Origin: Eledone cirrhosa
Lineage: Eukaryota
Length of the DNA stretch: 64,000 bases
Reading direction: 5' to 3'
Assembly: GCA_964016885.1 (NCBI GenBank)
Contig: OZ024746.1
Location: 57,040,001 to 57,104,000, forward strand
Part shown: positions 29,516 to 43,242 of the stretch, one piece after another
Position numbering within the stretch: the stretch's first letter is position 1
Layout of the letters: each line of letters starts with the position of its first letter
The notes under the pieces: model-generated
Databases searched by the model: none
The model's input: the letters and a program-made list of their open reading frames with translations, nothing else
Told to the model about the DNA's origin: nothing
Made by a program: the position numbers and the translations under genes

Positions 29516-29811
29516 GTATATATATAAAGTATATAAGTATATATATATACATATATATATATGTATGTATATATATATATATGTATATGTATATATATAT
29601 ATATGTATATGTATATGTATGTATATGTATGTATATATATATATATATATATATTATATATTATATATATTATATATTACATATGTATATACACATACAT
29701 ACATATGCATATATTTGTCCACACACACACACTCACGCACACACAAACACACACATACACGCACGCACAAACACACACACACATACACACGCACGCGTAT
29801 ATATAGGTATA

Positions 29812-29893
<82 letters not shown>

Positions 29894-30336
29894 GAAAAGA
29901 CATTGGTGTGTTACACAATGGATTGCTATTCTCTTCCTGTTAGCAACTCTGTTTTACAAGCTATATAATTCCTCCACTGCCTCACCTACTTATAAAGAGA
30001 GAAAGGAATAATAATCACCTGTAATGTGTTCTACGAGGACGAAATCACGTTGATATGCCACATACAATCTGCCATTCTGCCATTCTGACATTCCCTAACA
30101 TCACCACCTTATTTTTATGACATTCAATCCCCATTTAGAAAGTATATTATTTCTCACGAGAGGTAGCCATCTATCATATAATGAGAATGCGTAAATGTGT
30201 ATATATGTTTGTTTCTATATATGTATGCATATATATATTATGTATGTGTGTATGTATGTAGTTATGTATGTATGTATGTATGTATATATATATGTGTGTT
30301 TGTGTGTGTATATATATATATATATACACATATACG

Positions 30337-30427
<91 letters not shown>

Positions 30428-30469
30428 TGATATACGTATGTATATACAAAGATGTATATATATATATAT

Positions 30470-30508
<39 letters not shown>

Positions 30509-31554
30509 CATATATATATATGTACCTATATTTGTGTGATATATATATATCATTATATTTATATATATACATGTTTATCTACGAGCCCACACATACACGC
30601 AGTAATATTTTATTGTATTGCTTTTCGTTTTGGTTGCCTACCTTGTAGTGACATCAGGTCATTTGTAGTTAGCAGCTAGAGATATTCAAATGTGAGATAT
30701 ACGTGATACACCCTTGTATATCGTATATGATATCACTCTATTTATGGCGAGATTTCACCCCCTTCCTACCATAATGTTTTTGTAAATAATATGCTTTAGC
30801 TTCATTGCAATTAATTATTTTATTTCTTCGTTTATTTATATATGCAAATAGTAAAAGTTGTATTTTTTCTTGCGTTTCATTTTGTATAGGTACAGCTACG
30901 AAGTTTCAGCGAAATTGCATTAGTTTATGTTGCTTTCCATAATAAGTCTGCGTATATTTCCATTAAAACCCCCGAAAAACGAACAATAGTATGTTCATCT
31001 GTAACAACAACATACCTATTTGTGTATATTATGATACAGGAACACCAATCATTAAAACACTGCGAGCCCTCGAATCGCTATTTATTCCTCAGGATCGCTG
31101 TCATGATAACCCTTGCGTACAAGATGTCCTCAATATTGTTCTTAAGACGCTTGAATTCTTATAGAAGATATATTGAAACCGAAACTGCGGTTACATCTTG
31201 CGCATTACCCTTCTCTGGGATTACACTATTTCTTCTTTGCATTCTACCCTCTGACAAGGGACTGAAACCGAAATATATCATCATTGGATTGGATTTTCAC
31301 CCTGTTCTGTTTTACTCGTTATTTATTCGTTAATATATATATATATATATAATTGAAAAAGTGAAGAATAACATGGTCAACAGAACGAAAAAGTGATTTA
31401 TTTACAGTCTGACAATTGTTTCACTGATTAAGTGTCTAAGAATTGGTGAGCAGTGCCACTCAATTTCAAATACGATGTTAGATTAACCAGAAACTGGATT
31501 ACTTACACCGCTATTTTTGTATCCCTTACTTATATATATTTATAAAAATATATA

Positions 31555-31747
31555 TAGAAACAAGTAGGACTCCGACGGCTGAGCTAAAGCTGTTTCGACG
31601 GCTAATTCTGAACTCGAGAATTAGCCGTTGAAACGGCTTGTGCTCAGCCGTCGGGTCCTACTTGTTCCTATTACCCACTCTACTACCCTCAGTATTGAGT
31701 ACTTTGGTGCGTTATGGTCCATCTGGTTCCTTACCAAATCTCCTTCG

Positions 31748-31749
<2 letters not shown>
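31555..31749. mobile_element. palindromic MITE-like element (~115-bp hairpin plus unique tail); partial copy at 53897-54002
   Basis: caagtaggactccgacggctgagc..gaattagccg..gctcagccgtcgggtcctacttg. Both copies share the tail ttggtgcgttatggtcca..tccttcgtt. Confidence 0.75.
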
Positions 31750-31780
<31 letters not shown>

Positions 31781-31783
<3 letters not shown>

Positions 31784-32645
31784 GCTGACGTAACCAGCTT
31801 CGCCCGAGTAAGCAAATGATAAGAGAAGATAGTTACAGGAAAAAATGACTGTATTGGATGTGTGTCTGGTTACAGTATGACACGAGTATGTGGTGTTTGT
31901 GTGATAGAGAAAACAGTAAAAAAAAATCTTCCAGATATACTAGATTCTTCGTTGTAACGTTTGTGCATAGTATATGAACAATTCTAGGTGCTCCCACGTA
32001 GAATAGTCACCTCTAGGTCCTAGAGTCTAGGGCCTAGATGGGTCATCTTCTGCCTCACTGTAAAACGTGTATTATTGCGTAGACTTGGTTGTTCCACGTT
32101 TCTCAAAAGGATGATCGAAGTTCCAATATTTTATATTATATGTAGATATAGATAATTAATATAAAAGAGGTCCGTCAATGTAAAAAAAGGTCCCTATTTA
32201 CTCCCTTCATAACTCTATGTGTATGTTAGACTGACAGACAGGTACACAGATAGATAAACAGCGTGCCGATTATGGAACGCCTAACACATAGAAGCATAGA
32301 ATCGCGCACACGCACACACTCACACATGTTGATAGTTTTTCACTTTCTGTGGAACGTTGCACGCACGCACACACACACATAAACATACGCGCACGTACAT
32401 ACACACGCACGCATGTTAATATTTATTGCTTTCCTTCACCTCTTATTTCCACACACATCACACAAACAGATGTCTCTACACTGACACATAAGCGTTCACA
32501 CTCTCCCCTCTCACTCCCTCATTGGTATTATGTATATTCATTTCAGTTTGGCGTCGTCGAGGTGGGCGGAGTCGTTTCAAACCAATGAACCAATGATAAT
32601 CGAAAATTATGACACACGGAATACTGACGTTGTTCAAATTAATAT
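31781..32645 (+). mobile_element. possible non-autonomous Helitron/Helentron-type element(s)
   Basis: Start tagctgacgtaaccagcttcgcccgag, internal gacagacag microsatellite, ends ttttatattatatgtagat and aaattaatatat. Called only from resemblance to this architecture. Confidence 0.35.
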
Positions 32646-32659
32646 ATATATATATATAT

Positions 32660-33582
32660 ATTGAAGAGTCGGATTTTCAGGTCATTACGAATGTCCGACT
32701 TCCACACCGATCTCAAGCTGTGGCACGCCACCCAGGCTTTGCTCTTCCTCTCAACCACATCATCTTCCGTATTCACAATCTTTGCTCCCTAATACAGGAA
32801 ATCCTCAACCAATGCTAGCGGCTTCCCGCCTACATTAGTAATCCCCTCTGACTTCTCAACATTCTCTACCAGATATTTTGTTTTAGTCTCATTCATTCTC
32901 AGCCCCACACTCATCGACACATTCTCAACCTCCTGCATCAAATCCTCTTCCTCCTTCACTGTATTTGTCACCAAAACTATGTCGTCTGCAAATTCAGCAT
33001 CCGATATTTTTTTCGCCTCAACTCTCCTGCTCTGAGCCGGTGCTACAGTAAAGCCAGAGTCCTGGTGTTTCTCCAGTGCCAGGCGCATACGATGATAAAA
33101 AGGTAGGGAGCCAATGTAGTCCACTACGATTATAAAAAGGTAGGGGGCCAATGTATCATTGCTGTAGTGGAGTATGTGCTGCTGCACGGGTCTGAGACTT
33201 GGACACTGACCAGGAAACTCACTCAGATGGTAGATGCATGCTACACGAGAAAGCTGAGGATGTCTCTGAACATTAATAAGTATACACTGAGGTTGAAAAC
33301 CTCAGAGCTGTATGGCACGCTCCCAAAAGTCAGCTCAAAAGTGACACAGAGGAGACTGAGATTAGCTGGTCATGCTCACCGACATCCAAAGTTGGCATTG
33401 CACTTAGTGCTCCTGTGGGAGCCCCTACATGGACACACTGGAAGAGGAAGACCAAGGTTGGCGTATGTTGATACCCTAAGGACAGACACTGGAATGTTTG
33501 AGACGCAGGACATGGCAGCGATAATGAGGAACAGAGACCGCTGGAGAGAACACGTCTATGGCTCTCGGGAATTTTACCCGCC

Positions 33583-33586
<4 letters not shown>
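32660..33586. mobile_element. RTE-type LINE 3' fragment with 5' inversion (minus 32660-33160, plus 33161-33586)
   Basis: Minus part: DTLAPYLFIIVVDY..AEFADDI..DFLY..KAWVACHSLRSVWKS..LKIRLF. Plus part: AVVEYVLLHGSETWTLT..RRLRLAGH..RGRP..RDRWR. Flanked by (TA)n. Confidence 0.9.
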
Positions 33587-33616
<30 letters not shown>

Positions 33617-33774
33617 AGCAAATTAAAGTACTATAATGATTGCATGACGTGAAAATATTAATTGTATCGAACGCCTTAACGAGTTCCGTGGACTTGAGTT
33701 GCTCTAACCTTGGATTTTTATTTACAATTATTACTACTATTACAACTGCTGCTACCTCTGTAGCTGCTGCTACT

Positions 33775-34325
33775 ATATATGAATGTATGCATAGTATATT
33801 TGGCAATACACCGTATGTTTAATTAAAAACATTTTGAAGACCTTACGTTATCATTTTTAAACTTGTGACTACGTCACTTACTTATTTTCGGCGAAAGAAG
33901 CCAGATAAGCTAACATTCTGTTTCATGCTGTTTGGCAATCATCATACCATATTGACAAATATACTATGCATACTTTCATGTGTACATCGCTATTAAAGAG
34001 TACCAATCCTAATACTTAATTTTCGCTGGGCCGACAATCGCTCTGTATAATCAGCTCCTGATTATTACTGGAATTCTATAAGAATCTAGCTTGTATAATT
34101 TTTGGCGCAAGAGAGCAGTACGTAACTCCGTTGATTGCCAAACAGTATGAAACAGAATGTTAGCTTCTCTACCTCCTTTCGCCGAAAATAAGTAAGTGAC
34201 GTATTCACTAGTTGAAAAATGATAGCGTAATGTCTTCAAAATGGTTTTAATTAAACATACGGTATATTGCCAAATATACTATGCATACATTCATGTATAC
34301 ATCGATGTTTCAGAGCACCAATCCT

Positions 34326-34330
<5 letters not shown>
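33775..34330. repeat. inverted arm (33775-33941) plus 315-bp terminally redundant unit (33951-34330)
   Basis: 33775-33941 is the reverse complement of ~34132-34298. 33951-34015 repeats at 34266-34329. Confidence 0.85.
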
Positions 34331-34389
<59 letters not shown>

Positions 34390-35363
34390 TCAATATGGGG
34401 TAACCACTGTTAATAAGGTACTCAATGCATCTTCTTCGTCTTCGGCCGTGTTTACGCTCGCAAACAATGTTTGTTTCGGTTGCTAAATACAATCAGAGGT
34501 CATTGCTTCTCCCGAAGGTCAAGGGTTCTCTTCTAACTCGAGCGGGAGTCAATTTGAATTGATCATCTGCAAAGCCTCTTTGTTCTCAAACCCACTACAT
34601 CAGCCTTTCGATTTGTGCAGCTGGAACCACTGCCACCCATTGATTTGGCAGGATTTTTTTCTTTTTAAGATGGTCGTCGACTCTCATAAATTCTTCCGCC
34701 CGTTGTCAGGCTTTGTAGGCTATATACAATCGTTGTTATAGAAATGGCTTCTACAGGACTTGAATTGTTTCATTATGAAACAGTTTTAGTCTTCTAGCAG
34801 CCATGCCCATATTAAATATTGTATATAGTAACAACATACTAGCGTCACCATATTGGCGTAAATAGGATCCGGCTGCTATTTATAGCTGTCAATCATCCTA
34901 TTCACGCCAATGTGGTGAGGCTAGCATGTTATTAGTAGTTTTAGAAATGCAACACGTGCGATGGCTCACTCGCAGATTTGCATTAGATGTGTAAGCACAG
35001 ATCCTTAAAACTTCCTCCTTGCTGAAGATCCAAGATTTGACTACTGAGACTTTCCGGATTAATGGTGAAATATATATCTTTAATTAAATATATACGAGGA
35101 GGAATAATCATTTTTTAAAAAGGTAATATCTGAAGATCTAGTTAAACTTTAATTAATTACCTACATAACTATGTACGATTACACACTTTACAAATTATCC
35201 CCTTGTAATTGTTTCATGTGATTATTTTAAATATATGTATGTCAATCAATTTCTAGTTGCTATAAAATGCTCGGATCTATTCATTGGAATCTTTGAGCTT
35301 ATTCTAAGGTGGATATGGCGCATGTCACGGACATAACTCCCTTAATTTAATTTAATTTAATTA

Positions 35364-35413
<50 letters not shown>

Positions 35414-35589
35414 GACGAAACATAAATCAATTGCATGAACTCATAATCGTTTGACTACCCCACGTTGTTACTCTGCAAGGGAGGTAACCCCGGTTTTTGG
35501 CGGGTGCATTCAAAATAGTTAAAGGAATTGCAATGGGAATGTTACCGGCCTCCATGCACATCTATTAAAGGGTATAGCCGACACTGTCT

Positions 35590-35640
<51 letters not shown>

Positions 35641-35812
35641 TTAGGTTTGAAGGTTCACCAATGAATAGAGCTGGTCAGTTCCGTATGTTCAACCGCATGT
35701 TCCGTAGTTCAACCGTCTTCGTTTGTGTATTTGGTGGAGCGAGTACGGAAATAAATATTATAATAAAATAACAGGATTTTATCTGTTACATTAATTTATT
35801 ATATTTTGAATA

Positions 35813-35999
35813 AAGGGCGGTGGATTGGGAGTATCGGTAGAGAGTCGGACGTCATGCTTTCCAGCATAGTTACGTCCCTTTACGATCTGAGTTCAAATCA
35901 CGCCGAGGTTGACTTTGCCTTTCATCCTTACGGGGTCGATAAAATAAAGTACCAGTAATGCACTGGGTAATTGCTTGCATTGTGCCTAAAGTAGAAACA
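35813..35999 (+). mobile_element. full-length tRNA-type SINE with 15-bp TSD (1 mismatch)
   Basis: Head gggcggtggattgggagtatcggtagag, B-box-like gagttcaaatc, family core. TSD attatattt(t/c)gaata at 35798-35812 and 36000-36014. Confidence 0.88.
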
Positions 36000-36229
36000 A
36001 TTATATTTCGAATACCTGATGATATCACCGGATTCATACGGAACCCGGTCATTGAAATGATCATAGTATAATAAACCATTCAAGGATTTACACAAGTCCA
36101 GCCTCCTGTTATTTTATTATAATATATATTTATATATATATATATTCCGTTCACATATATCCCTAATGAACTCACTTATTCACTAACAGCCACAATGAAC
36201 TGTATTTTTACGACCGTTCGATCGTGTTA

Positions 36230-36272
<43 letters not shown>

Positions 36273-36800
36273 GGGGTGGGGGTTTGTGTGTGTGTGTGTA
36301 TGTATATCTGTAAGAGTTTGTACATGTGTGTATGTATGTATATGCATGAACGAGTGTGTTCCTCTGTGGGCGTGTTCGTTCGTCTTGATGTATATATGTA
36401 TGTTATATGTATATGTATTTCTTTATTTCTTTATTATATCTTTATCTAATTTTGTTATCCTTGATGTTTTAATTATCTTAGATTTTATATCTCACAAACC
36501 AGATCAATTTTATTCGTTTCACTTGAAAACGACTAATCGTGAAATACACAGGAGATGTGAGAAAAGGAAAGAGAGAGAGAGAGAGAGAGAGGATAGAGAC
36601 AAATAGAGAGAGAGAGAAAGAGAGAGAGAGAGAATGAAATACAAACATACATATATATGTGTGTGTCTCTGTGTGTGTGTGAGTGCGGTTGTGTGTCTTT
36701 TTGAGTGCATGTTTCTCGCTGTGTGTGTGTGTATGTGTGTGGAGAGAGAGAGAGAGAGAGAACCAAAAATAGCGAGAAGAAAATAAGAGACTAAACTCTC

Positions 36801-36878
<78 letters not shown>

Positions 36879-37032
36879 CTCGGAGCAGGAAAGATAGATT
36901 AAAAGCAAACTGCTGATAGAGATAAAGTGATGAAGTGATATATATCTAACGAGAACCAGCAATGAATAGTGTACCATAAAAATAAAGTATGTAGGAGAGA
37001 TAGAGTAAAAGGAAGACGTCTATATATATATA

Positions 37033-37118
<86 letters not shown>

Positions 37119-37152
37119 ATCTATATACATATATATATAATGTATAAACACC

Positions 37153-37186
<34 letters not shown>

Positions 37187-37699
37187 ACGAGGGAGTGAGA
37201 TTCAACTTAGATAATGATGTATAAATGTGTGAGAAAAGTGATAGAGAGATCACAAAAGAACGAAACAGATTGACAGATATGTTAAAGACGATATCATACA
37301 TACGACAAAACTAGCAACATCGATTGCAACTAGTTACATCTACGGTTTAAATTTTCCCAAATGCAGAAATCTTCATGTGAATTTTAATTACAATTCTTCG
37401 GTTTTATTCTTTATCAATTTCATGATTGGTCTCTTCCAACAGTATACTACAGTAAAATACAGAAGATTTGGCGTATTTACGTATGTATGCTCTTCTGGTT
37501 TTATAATTTCACAAATGTTTGCCAATAGAGAGAGAGTCGGTTTCTAACATAGACACACAACTCTCTCATTGGAATTTACACATCAACTAGGTAGATATGT
37601 ATGCATGTGTTTGCAGGTATGGATGTTATTGTATGTGCGGATGTGTATGTTTTGAGTTGTATGTGTGCGTAGTATCTGAACATAGGTATATGCAGTTAT

Positions 37700-37890
37700 T
37701 AGATGCAACCTTTTTGGAATGTTTTACATATTTTTACTGTTCCATTAATGGATTGTACTTGTAATTTCCTAACTAGTTGTCTTCTTTCTGTTCCTGTGAA
37801 GCCCAGCTTCTCAAGATTTGTATTGAGGCAGTTACTAACATATCCCAGTGCCCCAATAATTACAGGCATAAATCTGAAGGTTCTTTTTTC
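37700..37890 (-). mobile_element. 3' end of a restriction-like endonuclease (RLE) non-LTR retrotransposon
   Basis: Translates FRFMPVIIGALGYVSNCLNTNLEKLGF..LVRKLQVQSINGTVKICKTF. The IIGALG motif also occurs in the element at 55014-55283. Confidence 0.65.
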
Positions 37891-38224
37891 AGGTAGGTAG
37901 GTACGTATGTAGTTATGTATCTATGAATTTATGTTTCTCTTTCTCTTAATTTGGAATATATTTTGACCAGCCAAATTCCTGGTGGCAATGTTGTAAAGAA
38001 AATAAATTGTCATCCCTTGAGTCGCAAGACTATTTGGTAAAATGTTAAAGTGCCAGATATCAAAGCCACTATAATCTATGAATTAGGGAGCTGCGCTCTT
38101 TGTCCACAAGTCCAAGTTCAGTTATGTATGTATGCATGCATGTATGTATGGATGTGTGTGGTTGCACGTATTTATTTATGGATAAATGTATGTATGTATG
38201 TTTGCGTATTTGTATGTATGTCTG

Positions 38225-38900
38225 ACAGCACGATCGTGTCTGTTCACTGTGTCTCGAACCCATGCCCTTCCAGTAGCACAGCCAAGCCAGATTTCTGGAA
38301 ATGGTTCTCCAGAACAGATCGGTTGTTTGATTTGTTCAAGATTATGCGCTTGATGTGTCATGGATGCGCCATCTTCTCCGGTCTGAATATATTGATATTC
38401 GAATCACTAGTGTAGAATATGGAGCTTTTCCAGGAAATTCCGCTCGAGCCGTAACATAGAAGGACTCCGTCGGCATATACCATGTTGGTGTCAAAAACCT
38501 CGGAAGTTGAGATGGTCGGCAATGCTTTAGAGGATTAAAAATGTTGACGGGGCAAAGATCAATCCGTGAAAGTCGTTGGATTTGCAGCTCAGCACTTGAA
38601 CAGGCAAATGCATGATGTTCAAGAGCGGATGGCATCTGGTTTGGGCCAGACCTACAGATGGATGAGAACTAGGAGGAGGGAACGAACTGGAAGGCCACTC
38701 TTACCAAGAAATGAGCCGAAACTAAGCTATTCCTTAAATACTGATAGTAGATGGCGGGGCGGACACGATGTACGAGATTTCCACCGCTGCCTGAGATTTC
38801 AGGGAAAGTTTCTTCTCGGCCCATATCTTGATGAGTGAGACAATATGAAAGTTCCTTACTCCCACGTTTTGTCATTTTGGACCTCTGGGATCAAGGACAT
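38225..38900 (-). mobile_element. decayed L1/Tx1-like LINE fragment (post-RT region)
   Basis: GC-richer island. IWAEKKLSLKSQAAVEISYIVS resembles the W..R.LSL.GR..V.N.YI segment following L1/Tx1 RT. Many disruptions. Confidence 0.45.
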
Positions 38901-38946
38901 CGTAAATAATTCACTTTATTATTTCTGCGCATTATCATTTAATCTC

Positions 38947-39130
38947 GGTGGATTGGCAGTATCGGTAGAGGGTCGGGCGCCATGCTTTGAAGCATAGAGT
39001 TACCTCCCTTTATGATCTGAGTTCAAATCCCGCCGAGGTTAACTTTGCCTTTCATCCTTACGGGGTCGATAAAATAAAGTACCAGTAATGCACTGGGATA
39101 ATTGCTGGCCTTGTGCCAAAAGTAGAAATA
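38947..39130 (+). mobile_element. tRNA-type SINE with 16-bp TSD attatcatttaatctc
   Basis: TSD at 38931-38946 and 39131-39146. B-box-like gagttcaaatcc and family core present. Confidence 0.9.
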
Positions 39131-39795
39131 ATTATCATTTAATCTCAAATCCACGGCTGTTGCAAGTTTCCTCATATACACATTGTCTTTTACATAGTGC
39201 CATCTGAAAATGTACAGAGGTGCGCAGTCTAGTGAGCATGAGGGGTATTCTACATCACGTTTTCACCCAATTAATTTCATCGGCAGATTTGCATCAAAAT
39301 AACACTTCATATCACTATGGAGCTCCATTTTGATTAAAATAAAGAAAGCACTTCCGAGTTGCTCTCAAATTACACGACATGATTAATTCCAACACGAAAT
39401 CCAGAAGAGCGGAAACATTAAATGGGATTTCGAAAAAGTATGATGCAGAGAATTATTCCAAGTGCGGATATTATACACCATACGGTAACAGCCATTTAGG
39501 TAACAAGATGGTCAATATTAACACATGTGTTCTGAGGTATCAACTATGTGCAAATATATCAATTAACGGAGCTATTCAAATTAAATGTGTTAACACCACT
39601 GCGAACAAACTTATATGGAAACAGTGAATCAGTCACTCACTTCGCCAAGTACCACTCATAAAATGTAATCCTTATCTCAGTGTCATCTAACTTGCCGACA
39701 TAGAGTAATGCACTACTAATATATATATACATAAATAAATATGTATATATATATATATATATATATTTATTTATTTATATATATATTAGTAGTGC

Positions 39796-40628
39796 ATTAC
39801 TCTATTGGGGTCACCGCGAAGAGGCCACTTTCGATTATTTATCAAATATTTCTTCATAGGAGCCTTTATTCTTATAGCCTGGTCTAATTGATTTTTTATA
39901 TAGTTAATTATGATAATTGTGAAAGAAAATAGTATATATTTTATCTAATAATTCTAAGGATATTATTTAGGATATATTGCTCTGATTATTTAATTTATTA
40001 ATTCTTCATTGAGCCACAACGTGACCGGTTGCCACATATATACCTGTGACTTTATGTATATGTAAATCTTTATATTTAATAATCTCCCGTTGGGTTGAGA
40101 TGAAATTGGGCGATATTGGCTGCGCTTTCTAGTAACCAGCTTTACCGCCGTAAGCAACTAATCACATTCTTTCTAACTTGACCACTGCCACGTCACGATT
40201 CTTAGCCATTTTTGAATCTATTTTTGGCGCGATCGCTTTGGAAAAATTAACTGTCCAACTGAGTTTGTCTCCTGATGAGTCTGTTACTCTATGTTTAGCC
40301 TTAACAGTAGGATATCTAAAAATACGGACGAAACCATGGTAGAGATATAATTACGGTATGTACACGTTTGGTCTAAGTTTAAATTTACACCTAATTGTGT
40401 ATGGTTGACGGTATATTTAGTCGGTTTCTACATGCTGTTGAAATGTTGGGTAATTACTCTATTGGGGTCACCGCCAAGAGGCCGCTTTCGGTTATTTATC
40501 AAATATTATGGGAGCCTTTATTCTTATAGCCTGGTCTAATTGATTTTTTATATGGCTAATTATGCTAATTGGGAGAGGAAATGGTATATATATTATCTAA
40601 TAATTCTAAGGACATGATTTATGATATA
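39796..40628 (+). mobile_element. non-coding 657-bp unit with ~175-bp terminal direct repeat containing a hammerhead (retrozyme- or pLTR-like)
   Basis: attactctattggggtcaccgc..attctaagga occurs at 39796 and 40453. A short inverted repeat lies at its 5' end (39700-39805). Confidence 0.7.
40266..40347 (+). ncRNA. type I hammerhead ribozyme, intact core
   Basis: Stem I tgtctc/gagata, ctgatga, stem II gtctgt..acggac with ~40-nt insert, gaa-accatggt (palindrome)-a. Predicted cleavage after GUA at 40341. Confidence 0.85.
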
Positions 40629-40658
40629 TATATATATATATATAAAAATATATATATG

Positions 40659-40717
<59 letters not shown>

Positions 40718-41502
40718 GTGTATAATGGTAGCTATGGTGATTCAATAGACGATATGCCAAAATTACCACTCGATATTCAGCAGAGTAGAGTGAAGATATT
40801 ATAAAGTAAACGAAAAATCAGTGATGCATCTGGACTTAATTTATTGCGTGTTACAATTGTTTCGCCGGCAGGTCCCTATATGGATCTGGCTGATTCTACG
40901 GCTGCAGGTTTTTTCAGACACTGGTATTCGGTTAGGAGCAAATTTTATCACTGGGATGTTATTATCAAAAAACACCCCCAAAAAACCCTCTTCCACTCTT
41001 GTCATACCTTTGGCTGTTTTTACTTCACATCATCACAAGCTCTGGTCAGTTTATACTGCTACACGGGTCATCAGCCTTTTTCTGTCCGACACACTTCAAT
41101 GGAATCAGGCTGGGTTTAGTATCTCATACGTCTGTTCACACTCCAGAGTAAGCATCCACACATACGAATATACATACACATATACACACACATGCGGACA
41201 CAGACACATTATTGCATACACACACGTACATACATATATGTATATATACACACACGCGCTCTCCCTCACTTCCACGGACCCAGTCACACCCACTTCTAGA
41301 TACATATCGCCACAAGCCTTATAACGGCTGCTTAAGTCGCGCTATATATCCGGTCGGACAAGCATGGCATACGCAAACACACATATATATACACCAATAC
41401 GAGCGCACACATAGATACGCACAACCGTATATACATTTATATATATACACACTCATACACACACATATATACATACATACATATATACACATACATACAT
41501 AT

Positions 41503-41549
<47 letters not shown>

Positions 41550-41965
41550 TATATACATATATACACATATATATATACACCCACACATGCCCACACATAC
41601 ATACAACATACACATACGTATACAAAATTACATACACACATACATACACACGCATGTATATATCTATATATACAAAAAACCTACATGCATACGCACAGCC
41701 ACACATATACATACATATACATACACACATGCAGACATATATACATCTACATATGCATACGCACATGGGCTGCCACATGCATCCACCTGCACATATGCAT
41801 ATTTGCTTACACACACATGTGCTTCCACATATACATATATAAACAAAACAATACATTAAAAATACATTATATAATAAAAAACACAATATACCATACAATA
41901 ACAGTAACATAACATAATATGAAATATTAAATTTAAACTATAGAATATCAATATATGATACAATA

Positions 41966-42068
<103 letters not shown>

Positions 42069-42233
42069 CATATATATATATATATACGTATATATATTCA
42101 CTGGGGAACTGGAGTCATATAACTCCAGTTCCCCAGTGAATTAACAACCCAACAAGGAACTGGGCATATCAGGGTATTGACAATATCATACACCTAAATA
42201 ACATATGTACTTGTCTATACCATACTAATTCAA

Positions 42234-42288
42234 ACTGCCTGAAGAGGTCACAGCCAAAGATGGCTGTCACTGAAATATATATAGCAGT
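42234..42288 (+). ncRNA. type I hammerhead ribozyme, intact core
   Basis: actgc-ctgaaga-ggtcacagcca aaga tggctgtcact-gaa-atatatat-a-gcagt, followed directly by aataaa. Confidence 0.8.
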
Positions 42289-42433
42289 AATAAACGAAGC
42301 TAAATGTTTTTAATCATTTGACTTTTATTTAACTTTATTTTACACTACTCAGGAGTAACCAAACCAACCTGCGCACTTCGTCGAGTGCTCCAGCCTGCAT
42401 ACTGAGGTGTTGGTATACAACCAACATAAACTC

Positions 42434-42484
<51 letters not shown>

Positions 42485-42609
42485 TACATGTACACACATT
42501 CATACATACACATACGGATATATATAAAGGATATATGATAAAGTAATATAAAAAGAATAATAGCAATAAAATGCATGTATACTCCATGTTTAATCATCCG
42601 TACACATTC

Positions 42610-42755
<146 letters not shown>

Positions 42756-42997
42756 ATAATAATAAATTTGAAGACTAAAATCCAAAGACGGCTCGATAAG
42801 GATAAATATATATCAAATATATAAGAACCGTAGAGCAAATACTTATTAAAATAACAGATTAAAGTGTAAGCAAAGAATCGCTGCTTTCACCCTTAACGGG
42901 ATCTTCTGAAACTAACAAAGTATATCTGTAAACGGAGAAGACGATATTTCAAAAAACGTTGTAACCGGAGGAAGACAGGAATACGATACTTTGTTTC

Positions 42998-43242
42998 GTG
43001 GAAACGTTCCCTGGCAAAGAACGGGAAAAAACGAATATAATACGTCATTAATAGAAGCGGTCAAAAACATTTACGCGCAAAGACAGAACCACGTTTATGG
43101 TATAAAAGAGATCGTAGACTAATGTTCTCTTAGGTGGTTCATGGAGACGTTCTCTGGCAATGAACGGAAAAACGAAGATAATACGTCATATGTGGATCGT
43201 GGAGAACAATTGCACGCAAAAACAAAACCACGTAAATAGTAT
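42998..43242. repeat. diverged ~143-bp tandem duplication
   Basis: tggaaacgttccctggcaaagaacgg..aaccacgt vs tggagacgttctctggcaatgaacgg..aaccacgt. Confidence 0.75.
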
